Below, in pieces: positions 12,904 through 35,600 of a stretch of 64,000 bases of DNA (positions are counted from its first letter, which is position 1; the number at the start of each line of letters is the position of its first letter). The position numbers and the translations under genes were made by a program. Below the pieces are notes generated by a model. It ran no database searches, was not told the DNA's origin, and saw only the letters and a list, made by a program, of their open reading frames with translations. Source of the stretch: Callorhinchus milii (taxonomy: Eukaryota); NCBI RefSeq assembly GCF_018977255.1, contig NW_024704763.1, forward strand, positions 2,294,001-2,358,000, written 5' to 3'.

Positions 12904-14026
12904 ATGCTGAGCAGGCTGCATGAGCTAAAGAAAGAGGAGGAGGCCCTAATGAAAATCAAAACCACTTTACAAGATCAATTGAACCGACTCAAGGTATAAA
13001 CCGGAATTTTACGACCCCCCCCCCCCCTTGGGCCGTCTTTCGGACATTTTCTCATCCCACTACCCACCACAGCAAACCATGTACTGAGTAACAGCAGCGA
13101 GCCATTCATTATGGGGTAGGAAGCACGGGAACCACAATGCATAGTGAATGCAGGCACTGGTTTTGAAGGTAGATTCCAGCGGATGTGTTATAACATAAGT
13201 CTTGTACGAATCTTCCACCAGGTGGAAGAGCTGGCTCTGAGATCAATCATCATGACCAGAGAACACAATGAAGAGGAAAACTCTGGTCAAAGAATTGAAG
13301 CAGCTGATGACACAGAGGTGAGAAATGCAACTCGCAAACTTTTTATTTGAATCGTTCAGTTGTCAAAGTTCCAGCAACTGCAGAGAACTTCAGTTAACGT
13401 AGTGTAATGACTGTGTATTTTGTAGGCGATTCATGCCTCTCTCTGGCATTTGCTAATGCTTATTGACTCTTTTCCATGCCACTCTACCATTGTTTCCCTA
13501 TATGTTCTTGTCCCCACTTCTGTGTTTGCAGTTGTTTCCTGGCTCTGATCTCTGCTAATGTTGAGCATTGCGCCATGCTGCAATGTCACAAATTGGTACA
13601 CAAAATGGTTACTCAACAGATCAGGAAGTAAATGCCAATAATATTAAAGCTTGCATTGGTATAGCGTCTTATCATGTTGTTGAAATGTTTCAAAGTGCTT
13701 CAAGAATATATTGTAAAGTGGAGTGACTGTATATTTGTGGGCAAAACGGTTTAGGGACAAAAGAAGTCTTCTAAAGAAGAATTGTTTTAAATGCAAAAGT
13801 TTTAACGATATAGTTATATCTGTTGTGGAATGACTGTTATCCTGATCTAACCAATTACTTTTGCAAATAGTCAGAGATGCAGGTGGACGATGAAACTGCC
13901 ATCAATCAAACCCAGCTTGAGTTGGGCACCTCACAGTGTGTCAGTTACATTGGAGAAGGAAATGATGGTGAGGAGGCAGAAGAGGAAGAAGAAGAGGAGG
14001 GTGATGAGGAAGGTTACGACTCCTAG
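12904..14026 (+). CDS. SNAPC5: snRNA-activating protein complex subunit 5 (about 113 aa)
   Basis: Exons 12904-12993 (MLSRLHELKKEEEALMKIKTTLQDQLNRLK), 13222-13317 (VEELALRSII...), 13871-14026 (VDDETAINQTQLEL...acidic tail, TAG). Phase-0 GT-AG introns. AATAAA at 14354. Confidence 0.93.
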
Positions 14027-15915
14027 AAGTAATTTCATTGAGAAGAATGCAGAATGACGGCACAAAGAGAATGCACCTTTTTTTTATCATTTAAGCTTGG
14101 AGGCTGAATGGCACTGGATATGTAATTGACAACAAAGATGGTTCAGGGCACATGAGACACCAGGAACAGTTGCCAGAGAACTGATTAGCAAAGAAGACAG
14201 GACACAACTGATGGTTTATCTGTGACCTGGAATCTGCTTATTGCTGAAATATTGTGCTGAGTTCCAGATATCTAACTTATTCTGCCACCCATCAGATGCT
14301 AATGTAAATAGTGTTCGAGAGAGAAAAATTTACGATTAACTCTCTGATTCGCAAATAAAGATGCACTGTACATTGTTGGCGCAACAAAAGCTGTGAAAAA
14401 CACGAAGTAGGAAAACCAGAGGTTGAGACGTTAAGATATACTGATCTTGTGGAAGCCCAAGAAAATATATCCATATGTTTCATGTTGGACCTTAGTAGCA
14501 AATTGAAATATTCCAGTATAATTTTTGTCCCAGTGCAATGATCCCTACCATTTATTGATGTAATTTAAGCACGTCTAATAGTAGATGATCAATACTGCAG
14601 ATTGGGAGGGCAAGTCAGAACTGTTGCCCAGTACTGTATTCAGCAAAAGAATAGAATACACCTGCCGTTGGTCTGCTTTGTACATGTTCCTCATCTTCAC
14701 AATTAAGCGCTGTTCAATTTCTGGGGACATTTGTAACCCAATTGCCAGTTCCTTCTATGTGAGCTCAGGTTTTCGTTGCTCAAATATTTGGCCTCTGAAG
14801 TAAGTAAATTCATAGAGATTATCGGTGAACATCTTGACTTTCTGTTGCTTTCTTTCCCCAACACTGTAAATATTATAGGACATATGGTATTATTTGTGCC
14901 ACATGTTGAACCTTGCTTCCAGTTCCCTTTTCAGCAAGGTCCCAGTGCAGATAGAAAAGGTTCCTAATGAAATGTTTAGATTTTGTGCATCTGTTATTCA
15001 AAATTGAGTGGGGCGCTGGGGGGGGAGAGAAGAAATTCTACTGGGTTTAGATTTGCTCCCTTTGCTCAGCATTTCAGAACGTGCTGAATTTCGCGTTTTG
15101 TCCAATTCAGCCTCGAAGCCGGTTTTCTGTGGTTCGTAAAAGCGCTTAAAAGAAAGCAGCCTTCAACATGAAGCCTGCATTTAATCTGCCAAGTTGTGCA
15201 ATACTCTGAAATACTGAGAAAGGGAGAATACATCTGGAGCCTGTTGCAATGTCCTGCCGCTGTGAGGTGTTAAATCTATTTGATGTGTGCACTTTAACCT
15301 CCCCCTACAATAGCATTGAACACGCTCCCCTTTATGCACTGAAAGTTAATGCTCATTTTTTTTTTGGGGTGGGGGGGGGGGAAGAGTGTGGGGGGAAGGG
15401 GGTTGAATGCGTTTTTAATACATTTATATAACACCCTTCACTGTGAAGTAGAGAAGGAACACAGGAGACTTGTCCTGACTGCCCTCTCCCCACGGGTGAG
15501 GAGAGCTCTCGGCTGAGTTCCTGTGACCCTTTATTAGGAAACGTGTAGCAGTCTTAAGAAGGGAGGAGGGAAATACAGGAGTTAAAGAAATGGGAGGACG
15601 CGGGAGGAGGAAGAGAACTGCTTTTCTGTTGTACTTTTGTATCCTCTGGCTGGTTAAAGTGTTTATACAGGAGTATAACCTGCAGAATGATCCAATCTTT
15701 GCCCTGAAATCGAAGCTTTTCCCAGCATTTTGTATTGAACGAAACTGTTGCAATATTCCCACAGGTCTGCGCACGTGGAAATTTTGTACAAGGAGAGTTT
15801 GGGTTGCAAACGTGAGAAAGCTAAATTGCACGGCTCCCAAGAATAGTCAATAAATAAGGTTAAAGTGATGCCTCTTTTATTACCGGTGTACAGGGCTCTT
15901 AAGCGACGAGAATCC

Positions 15916-18775
15916 TCAGTGAAAGCGGATGCGTCGAATGGATCCCATGGTCGCCCTCGGAGCTCCCCACTCGCTGTAACTATTGTAATCTCTTTTCTCC
16001 AGAACGTAGTGTGGTCCACGGTAATGTGGTTCCTGGTAGCCCACCCAGCTGTGATTTATTGAAAACAAATTACAAGTCCATTGGCCAGCCGCCAGGTGAA
16101 TTTAAAGCCACTTAATAATAATAATAATAATAATCCTTGCATTTGATATAGCGCTTTTCACGTCGGGAGGACGTCCCAAAGCGCTTCACAGAACACACTG
16201 TAAAGTGAATTGACTGTATATTTATGGGCGAACGCGGCAGCCAATTGCGCACAGCAATGTCCCACAAACAGTCGTAGATTGAAAATGACCAATTTATTAT
16301 TGTTTTGGGTTTTGGAGGGATTATTATTAGGCTCTGTGTGGAGTAAGGAAACTTGCCCAAGGTTTCGCCCTCTGCCTGGAATTGAACTCAGGTCTCTCGC
16401 TTGCAAAGCGAGTGCTCTAACCACTGAGCTACAGGTCTCCACATATAACAACGATTTGCACATCTAATGCCGCTCACACAGGATAGTGTTCCAGAGTGCT
16501 TATCTCCCCCCCACCCCCCACGTCAGCCCAGTGACTTATTGATGGTGCGGAATTTCCTTTGAGTCAGGGTGACGAGCTTTCCCAGCGTAGAAGAGGCCGC
16601 CTTGCTCAGATTTATTCATTAAGAAACATTTTTACAAAATGCTGCAAATTTGATCTTTTTTTTTAAAAGAAAACACATAGCTGTCAGGACATTGACACTT
16701 GCACACAAGTATCACTGATTAAAACTGCTAATAGTGTAAGCTTCTCCTGCACTTACTTGCCTCCAAGAACCCTGATAGAAGCAAAGCGATCGAGACTGAA
16801 ACGAGACATGAGATTTGGAATATCCTCTTGAATTTCTACTTTCCTTCCAGAAAAGCCAGGTCTTTCATGCAAATGGACTTTGGGTAGTGAAGTCTCCTAT
16901 TTGGATTGAAGGGGAAAAGAAGCGGGAGAAGCTTATATTAAATCTTGAACTGGATCTGTAAATGATTACGGCCAGCACACTGGGTGTTTTGCTCACCCAT
17001 AAAACAGTCACTGCAGTTTACAGTATATCCTGTGAAGTGCTTTGGGATGTCCTGACATGAAAGGCACTATATCAAATTAAGGATCATTATTTTAGAATTC
17101 CCGCTCTTCAAACTAGTACTATGTCATCTTTACAAGTGAGGTATTTTCCAACAAGGGAGCGAGAGAGGGGAGAAGTTTTACAGCTTTGATGAGAAGAAAT
17201 GTTCACAAAAATAAGTAAGCAAATAGGACGCATAGATAGGCTGGACTATGGACCTGACTCACCTGCCTCACTGCTCTCACAGAGGAGATCTGATCTGTTG
17301 ATGCCCACCATTTATCATAGCTGCCGTAATCTCGATTGTCACCGGCTTCCCACAGATATTGGCGACCACTGTAGTTCTCACCCTCGTACCCAACCCAACT
17401 GCAACAGGGAGTGAAAGGGAGAGGGAAAAGAGAATGTAATGTAGATCACAACCATGTCTGCAGTCTGTCTATGATTACAGTGGTGAGACATCACCTTGTT
17501 GACGAGTATCAACAAGATAATAATAATCCCTCCAAAAAAACCAAAAAACAATAATAAAAAAAAAATTGGGTCATTTTCAATCTACGACTGTTTGTGGGAC
17601 ATTGCTGTGCGCAATTGGCTGCCGCGTTCGCCCACAAATATACAGTCAATTCACTTTACAGTGTGTTCTGTGAAGCGCTTTGGGACGTCCTCCCGACGTG
17701 AAAAGCGCTATATCAAATGCAAGGATTATTATTATTATTATTATTATTATTATTTATCATCTACTAGGTTCCTAATAAAGAATGGGATCATCATCAGTGG
17801 AGAACAACATTGCTGTTGTGAGGAACTTTCCATGGGATATGAGGAAGTCGGATTATATAAGTAAAGTTTACATATAAACAACAACTTGCAGTTGCATAAA
17901 ACTGTTGTTCTCACTCAGACGTTTTATGCAGTAGAGCATTCTTCAGCACCAGTGTGGATTGCATTGTCTGCAATTCCACGTAAAGTCGGTGAATGTAGGA
18001 ACTGGTGGAGAATCTCAATCCACGACTGGGACGCTGCTGTGTGCAATGGGCACCCGAGTTTCGCCCACAAAATATACAGTCCATTTCACTTCACAGTATA
18101 TCCTGTGAAGTGCTTTGAGACGTCTCAACGGCGTGATAAGGTGCGATATTAAATACAAGAATTATTATTATTACTTACACTCCATCCTCAACTTGCACCG
18201 AATTGCATCTCTCGGGGAAGTTTCGCTCTGACAGTCTCGGGCAGTCGCTGGTCACTGCTAACCTCTGGCCGGTGAAGTTCCTTTGGTCGTAAAGGATCAC
18301 CTGAGACAGACAAGAAACATCAGGATATGGGCCACCAGACATGGGGGCTGAAAATGCTCTAACAATGACCTCTGGTTTGGGAGTGATATTGCGGGATTTA
18401 CTAACAAATACGCTTATGATATTAGGGGAAAAATTGCAATGCCATTATTTCACTTTCCGACCTTGTACTTTTTGTGCCTTTTCTTGGTTGAGAAACTCCC
18501 AAATCACATCTTCAGCTGCAATGGCAAACCAGGGGTCACTATTAATGTTGCAACTTCCAGGTTGCAAACATCTCATTTTCAAACCCATATTCACCAGTAG
18601 CTTATCAACATCAGAACCATGACTAATATGGCATAGTTGGTACAACACCAAGAACAACAACTTGCATTTATACAGAGCCCCTCTCGCAGGTTAGAGTCCC
18701 ACAGCACTTAAAGCAGAAGTACTCACGCAGCCATCAGACCCATGAAAAGCCCGTTGGAGTACAGACCCCAGCTTG
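15916..18775 (-). CDS. crybgx: Beta/gamma-crystallin gene, crybgx-like (first coding exon unresolved; 1-nt frameshift at the start of the last exon)
   Basis: Exons 18775-18727 (KLGSVLQRAFHGSDGC), 18300-18179 (VILYDQRNFTGQRL...CNSVQVEDG), 17398-17263 (WVGYEGENYSGRQYLWE...ISSVRAVRQ), 16896-16757 (VHLHERPGFSGRKVEIQEDIPNL...ASIRVLGG), 16047-15916 (VGYQEPHYRGPHYVLEKRDY...MGSIRRIRFH*). Four Greek-key motifs, one per exon. Minus-strand AATAAA at 15876-15881. Confidence 0.87.
16113..16440 (-). mobile_element. Full-length, little-diverged tRNA-derived Deu SINE in the last crystallin intron
   Basis: Complete head (A box gtagctcagtggttagagc, B box gagttcaattcc), core and (tta)n tail. Confidence 0.9.
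17515..17753 (+). mobile_element. 5'-truncated Deu SINE
   Basis: Matches the 3' two-thirds of the 16113-16440 copy and ends in (tta)n. Confidence 0.85.
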
Positions 18776-18809
18776 CTGTAGAGAGAACGAGGAAGTCATT
18801 CCATTTTTA

Positions 18810-19105
18810 CAATAGTAATCCTTGCATTTGACTTAGTACCTTATCATGTCTTCGAGACATCTCAAAGCGCTTCACAGGATATACTGTAAAGTGTAATGAC
18901 TATATTTTGTGGGCAAAATGCAGCAGCCAATTGTGCACAGCAGTGTCCCACAAACAGATTGAGTGACCATATTATTTATTTATTTACTGCTAGGTTAACA
19001 GAGGCGCGTGGAGTAAGGAAACTCACCTAAGGTTTTCGCCTTACCCGGGAATCGAACCCGGGCCCTCTCGATTGCGAGGAGAGCGCTCTAACCAATACGC
19101 TATAC
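18810..19105 (-). mobile_element. Deu SINE
   Basis: Same tail and core, with tRNA head ggttagagcgctc...gggttcgattcc on the minus strand. Confidence 0.8.
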
Positions 19106-19769
19106 AGTGTTATAAGAACATGAGAGAGAACGGATCAAGAAAAGGGTCTTTTGTGGAAAATTGTATTTGGAAGTTCTGCAGTTCTTGGGCAGAATTGAAT
19201 AATTTCCCAAATTATCAAACTATAACTTAAAATGTAAGGCAATGATGTCAAGGTTAAGATCTTAAGAAATTTCAGGGCTTTGCGTGTTGTTTTTTTTTTA
19301 CCAACAATTCCGTGACAATATTTTAGACACAACAAGGCAACTGAAATACATCCGTGCGAAAGAGAAACGTTCAGAGTTGGAAGTGTTCAGCAAACGCAAC
19401 CCTACCTGATTTATTCTGCTGCTCTAGGGACCTCGGTAATTTCGATCTCAGTCCCAAAGTTCGAGGAAGGGGGCAGGTTAAATACACACAGCAACATCAA
19501 TGGGTGGATTATTACAGCTGTGCTATAGATGGTTCCTGCAACTGACCCCGAGTTTATTGATATGCTAAAAGCGTTACAAAAGGCCGGGAACAATCATAAC
19601 ATCTCCATTCTCTCCATGCAAGAACCAAAAGGCAAAAGGTGAACTGTCAAAAGAGCGATTTTTTTTTGTTTTTGCAATTCAGGAGCTCAAGAAATATTAT
19701 TCTTTTGAATAATTCAAAAGTACAAATAAAAAGAGAAACCCCAAAACCGGAAATTGAGCGACAATATCA

Positions 19770-19995
19770 ATATAGAGTTGTTACGACCTGGAATGCACTG
19801 CCTGAAAGGGTGATGGAAGCAGATTCAATAATAAGTTTCAAAAGGGAATTAGATGTTTACCCGAAAAGAAAAAAAATTGCAAGGCTACGGGGAACGAGAG
19901 AGGGAGTTGGACTAATTGGATAGCTCTTTCAAAGAGCAGAGGCACTATGGGCCGAATGGCCTCTTCTGTGCTGCATCTATGATTGTATGATTCTA
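19770..19995 (+). mobile_element. CR1-type LINE 3' fragment
   Basis: RVVTTWNALPERVMEADSIISFKRELD is a typical CR1 RT C-terminus, followed by gggccgaatggcct and a short tandem tail. Confidence 0.75.
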
Positions 19996-20088
19996 TATTG
20001 TTTTGCAATAACATTTAAGGTTTGTCATGTGCAATAACATCGCTTTGTAAAGGGGGAATTGTTGTTGTGAACGGACTGTGCAGCTTAC

Positions 20089-20955
20089 ATCTCGTTTGTC
20101 CATTGCTAGTTCATTTGTGATGCACTTTGTTGATGGCTCCCTAACTACCTATTGGTTTGCATTCAGTTCTGATTCATATTGAACACCACTCGGCCTCTTA
20201 TAACTCATCAGTTGTCAATGGCGTCAGTAAATAAATAGCCTGTTATTTCACATATACAAAAAAAAAGTTTGCTTACCTAAGGATCCCGGCCTAAACAAAC
20301 AGTTTTGTGAGGCTAAGCTAAATTTATTGATGCATCATTGCACTTGAATAGGCATTTTCTGCCCCTTTCCACATATTTGTTTGGGAAGTGATAAATGGAG
20401 CTGGTGCTAGATTGTTCCTCAGACATTTTGTTGGTTTTGACTTTTGTGAGAGGGTTGTTTGGGAGTTGGTGAATTTATTGTGGATACTTTAACGTTTTTT
20501 GTTTCTGGTAGTCGGAGGGTTCTCTCCCGGGCCTGGATAAATGTGGAAAGGATAAAAGGTAAATATAAGAGTGTTTGAGTGTTAAAGATGTTTCTTTATT
20601 AATTAATACTTAAGCAAAAACTTTAATGTCATCATTGATTTGAGTCGGAAGTATTTATCCAATGATGCTTTTGTTATAAAATAATTATATTTTCATATTC
20701 AATTTTCCAATAGAATAAAACAACGGGTGGGGGGGCAATTTGTGTCCTTTAATTGTGGCTGTTTAATGCAGTACTACTTCTCTGCTTATTATTAGAGATG
20801 CTTATTGTCTAGCGATAGTTTTACTGCATCTTTTTAAATAGCTTTTTCTTCTCTCTCTCTCTCTCTCCTGGCATTTATTTCCTGGCAGGTTGCTGAGTGG
20901 AGGTTCTGCTATAGGAGTCGTCAGCCGAGTGCTGCTGGATTAAATCTGAAGAGAG
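20089..20955. promoter_or_regulatory. Candidate shared promoter region between the crybgx-like gene (-) and LCTL (+)
   Basis: Palindromic ttataa 20198-20203. Upstream of it on the minus strand lie a SOX-like cattgac and an AT-rich half-MARE-like tttactgac. Minus-strand donor at 20088. Plus-strand acceptor at 20887-20888 for the LCTL ATG exon. Confidence 0.45.
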
Positions 20956-30762
<9,807 letters not shown>

Positions 30763-32269
30763 ACAGCTACGGCTAGCATCGTGACCATCGCAACACGACT
30801 GATTCAGGAAGTACTGAATCTGTTCCTCTCTATTCCTGACCCCGAAGATATGAATCAAATCTCTGCTGTTAGTACAGTACAGTCAATCATTATAAAACCT
30901 CCTGCCCATGGCTGAAATTTTAGTCATTCGTGCAACAGCTTATAACCCTTGATAATATTACTTCCCCAAATAGACCACATAACTACACAACTACTTGTTT
31001 CTCACAAGTTTGCAGCAAGCAGCAAATCATACACACACACAAGGCTTTTCTGTAAAATAAAGACCATGCTTTTGCAGAACAACCTCTTCACGTGAGAATT
31101 TTACCAAGCAACTGATACGTTTTACTGCAGCATGTGTTGACAATAGTACAACCTTCTAGACTGGTTTGTGGTTTAGGAAGACGTGGGCTGAATAAAGTTG
31201 GTCAACCCATCAGTGCAGACATAGAATAGCCCAGCAACCTTTTGTACACTGAATAGAGGGAGATACAGAACTGTCACGAGAAAATTGTGTGGGTGTTCCT
31301 CAGCACTGAAATAGAAATACCTATTACACAGTTGCTCATATATTCTGCGCCTAATGGAATAAAAGTGATTTTTTTTCCTCTTACAAAGTATTAACATTTT
31401 GTTCAGTATTGTAATTGGAAGATATTAACTGCTATGTATTGTGACAGATGTTACTGCAGATTTAGGGCAACATCAAAGTGCCAGTGGAGAGCAACTCTGT
31501 AATAAATTATGATGTGAATGTGTTGCTTTCCACTGGCTCTTATTAATTTATTATAAATTTGTAGTAATTAATTTCTGAAGAGATCTGCATATTACAATTA
31601 TACACTCATTCTGCCTTGATAAAGTCACACTAACATCTAAGAGTCTTCAATTAATATCATTTTAGTGCCTTGAACTCTGGTCAGCATGCATTTATTGAGC
31701 CTATGATATACATCAGAGAAAAGTATAGATGATGGCACACGGTAATTTTGAGTTGAAGTTCAGGTGAGTTGAGCAATCACTCGAGTGACTGGTAACCTTG
31801 AACACTATAGTAAATTAGTACATCGTTTGTAGTAATAGTATTACCGTTAGATACAAAGCAGGTTTCTTTTCAACTCTTCTCTTCCAAGATATTAACAATT
31901 CAATATTTCTGAGTCGGGCATATTTTGTCTCGTTTGGTTGATATGTTAATGGCCTGAGAGGTCGGAGTTTTACATTGACAATGTATCTAAGATAAAACAA
32001 TCTTCGTAAAATAAAATTCATGCCGATTCCTTGCCCAGCTTGCAATATTCCAAATTTATTTCTCAACAGTAACTCTACACAAGAAAAAGTGTAACGTGCT
32101 CCCAAATTATATAAAAATAGATACAATCACAACTCAAATATGCATTTTCAATAGGACAGATTATTAGGTGGACTTCAAACTCCATTTTGAGAATATTTTA
32201 ACCAATTTTCTCCTTTTGTCTCTCTGGAAGGCCGATTGATCCTGGAGCACATTTGCATAAAGCCTGGCC

Positions 32270-32550
32270 TCAGCCTGACCCTGTTGGTAGCACTCTCGCC
32301 TCAGTCAGAAGGTGTGGGTTTAAGTCCCGTGTCGGGACTCTGAACTCAGTCCAGGCCGGCACTCCAATACAGTTCTGGGGGAGTGCTACACTGTTGTGTT
32401 TCGGATGAAACCGAGGTCCCGTCAACCTGTTCAGGTAGATGTTAAAGATCCTGTGGTTCTATTCGAAAAAGAGAACAGCGTTTGTTCTGGTCAACAATCC
32501 TCCATATAAAACTGGCTGTTCACTTCGGGCCAATTTGTGAGACGTTACTG
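32270..32550 (+). mobile_element. Older DeuSINE (SacSINE1/AmnSINE1-like) remnant
   Basis: tRNA-like head ggtagcactctcgcctcagtcagaagg plus Deu-type segment cggatgaaaccgaggtcc...gttaaagatcc...ctattcgaa. Related fragments near 21130-21400 (+) and 53150-53400 (-). Confidence 0.6.
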
Positions 32551-32688
32551 GCTCTCAGTATTGGTGCAACTAAGTGTAAGTTCACCACGTGGGAGAGAAA
32601 ATGTGCCGTCCTGTGCCGTGCCTTTGCACTGGAGAAGATTTTAAAAGGGTAATATCCATATTTGTTGCATTTACCTTTTGCCAGATGA

Positions 32689-35600
32689 TTATGTGAAGCT
32701 TGTCTGACTGCAGCTGATCACCGTGTTGTAACGAACAACTTCCTCGTGGTCACCATTCAAAGTTGTATCAATCGATAGATCTTAAAAAGAGGCAATAGCA
32801 ATAATATTGACATGTTCTACCAATTCTGTAACATTGCGTTTGCAACTATACTGTGCCCAGGATTTAGCTTAACAGGTCATGTGTTTGTAACCAACTATCA
32901 AATCATAATGGGATCCACTGCAGTTTACATTTTAGTTCTAACATGGGTCAGGAGTGAAATATTAGCAACTCAGAAATTCATGAAAACTTGTATTTACATA
33001 GAGCCTTTTTTGTAGGAGGTTTGAAACCCCTCACAGTGGCAGGGTTTAGGGAGAAAGGGGAGGGAGGAGGTGACCATAGAGCTGATGAGGTATGTTTTAA
33101 GGTGGGATTAAAGATAAAGAGGGTGTGGGAGCAAGGCAGCGGGATACAGCCATAGTTCCAGACGTTTGAGACGGAATGAAGGCTCGGCCATCAATGGTAA
33201 CTCGGAGGGAGGGCTCCATGTGTGCGATTAGGTAAAAGGAAAATAACTCAGATACCAAAAGGACTTTACCTGGAGTATCAAACATCACATGATCTACTGG
33301 AGGTCTGGTATTGAGCTGCCATGTTGTCTTCACCTCTTTCTGCCCATGACCACTAATAACTTCCACTCTCCACATGAACGGGTGCTCACTGCAACACAAT
33401 CAGTCAGTTAGGATATTAAACCCAACAACAACTTGCATTTATATGGTGCCCTTCACAAGGGCCAGCGTCTCAGGAGCACTTGAGAGCATTCAATATCTGA
33501 TGGAAGCCGCTTTTCTAACCGGTTTTGTATGTCTATAATTCAGTTTTGCCCTATAGTATAATTAAAATTGCACATTCAGTGCAGCACAGAAATCACAAGG
33601 TCTTTTCAATTTCTGCTCCATTCACTGTATGCCTGTATGTTTTTATTATGCATATGCTAAATGCAAGAATGAACTAAACCAGAAATAGATTTTACTAAAT
33701 ACAAAGCAAAACATGCTACACAGTCATTATTTCCCATGAGATCTAATTCCACATTGGTTTCAATAGAGTAAGGAATAAATAGTGGTCCCTTTCCTACACA
33801 TTCCAATGGATTTACGCAGCAGACTGCAGACCACATCCAGACTTCTAATAGATTTTAACTGGATTTGATTTGCATAAATCACGTCAAATAAGATGACCTC
33901 TTCAAAATATCTCCCTTGGAAACTGTTAAAAAATATATTTACAATAAAGCTAATTCTCCTGTTGAATTGACAAGCTATTAAACATAACCCTTACTTTTGA
34001 TAGTAGGCACTGATAGCTGTGGGTCTGATTGGCAGCTGAAAAGAATGTCGTTCATCCAATGGATTGTCTTTGTAGTATCGTATGCAAGATCTGTCACAAG
34101 AAAGTCCGGGAAGAGCGAGTATAAAAATGTGACAGAATGGCAGGGCAGACAAAAATAAAATAGTTTTGTATCTACTTAAAATCTTTAAGACATTAAAATC
34201 AAAATACAGTAGTTTAAATGCATTATTGCAATTATAAGTCTGAAGCCTTTAAATTGAACGTAATTACCATTACCAAACGGGGAGTGGTAATTACCATCAA
34301 AGGGAATTAGAGGGATAAAACATGTTGCAAAAAAAATTATTATGAAGCAAAAGACTGGTTGTCAAATTCTCAGACAAAATGCTGCAATTGGGCTGTCCTC
34401 ACTGCTCAGGCATAAAACCTGTGCTGCTACAAGACACAGCTATCCTTGTCATTTCTTTCTACTCAAGACTACTTATTTTTACTGGAATGCTCGAGTTGTC
34501 TGAAGCGCTCACTGTGTTAGTGCAAAGAGGTTCTCGTGACTCAGGCTGAGGAACGCACTGCAGGTCACCACCAGCTCCAGCACGTGGTGCAGCTTGTGCA
34601 GACGCTGTACCTGCTCCTCTGGACGCACGGTCGACACCAAAAAGTAATCCTGTCGAACAAACACCAGGAGACGATGAAACAAATAACAACAACAACTTGT
34701 AATTAGCACCCTTCACGTGGATAGCATCTCGGGGAGCGCTTAGATATGAAAGAAAAGCTCAAGTAATTCTGAGATCAGATTCACAGTCCTTACCAAGTAA
34801 TTCAACGTTGTCAGTTCTTGACCTGGAAGAAAAACAAGTTTTCAGAAGTTCTTCCATTTTATTATATATAATTACAAATCCTGAATGCTATGTTCATTAT
34901 CTTCCCCCCACTCCCCCCACCATCACATCATACAAAAGCTCCAAGGCGCTGCTAAACATCTACCCCCAGAAAAAGTACAAAATTACAACCAAGAACTAAA
35001 CAATATAAACCCTAGACTCATTATTCCACAATAAACCATCTGCCCGGCAACATACCTATAAAATAGTTTATGTAATCCCTCTGCAATTTATCCAGTCCTA
35101 TCTCCAAGAGCATTCGGATAGCATTGAGACCACTGACAGAGACGGTTGGCATGGTGCTATGGTAGGATTGCTGAATCAGCTTGCTGAGAGAATTATTGCT
35201 TCCTCGATGAATCTGAGAAACAATCAGATTACTTTAAAATATCCTGCTTTTGCTGGATAAAAGTACAATCATTGCAAATTCATAAAAACAACGGTTTCCT
35301 TCTCTACACCCAAGAGAATACAATCTAAATAGATAGCTGCTGCTAAATAAATCACCATCATCTGTTTCAATAAGCAGAAGATGTGCAACAACAAGTGGTT
35401 GATTCTCTGGTGAATCACCAAATTAAATTGGGTATTTTATAGATGGAAAGGATACCAGTTCGGGCACCCTGCCAGCAGTGTGAAGCACTCTCCTACCAAC
35501 AAGAAAGGAGCTGTGTAAATGTATACTTTGATATCTAAAGGATTCTAACTTGTAAGATCAGTGTTCTATCTTAATTACATAGCCTTCCTGTCTTTGCCTC

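Noticed and set aside
15663-16019. 118-aa ORF MDHTTFWRKE as an independent gene
   Set aside because: It is the shifted frame of the last crystallin exon and runs through that gene's polyA signal.
16365-16440. tRNA gene
   Set aside because: The tRNA-like sequence is a SINE head fused to a Deu core and (tta)n tail, and recurs many times in the window.
20277-20290. 14-nt minus-strand micro-exon candidate (tttgtttag...ttag/gtaagc)
   Set aside because: Cannot be linked to the crystallin frame or a start site from sequence alone.
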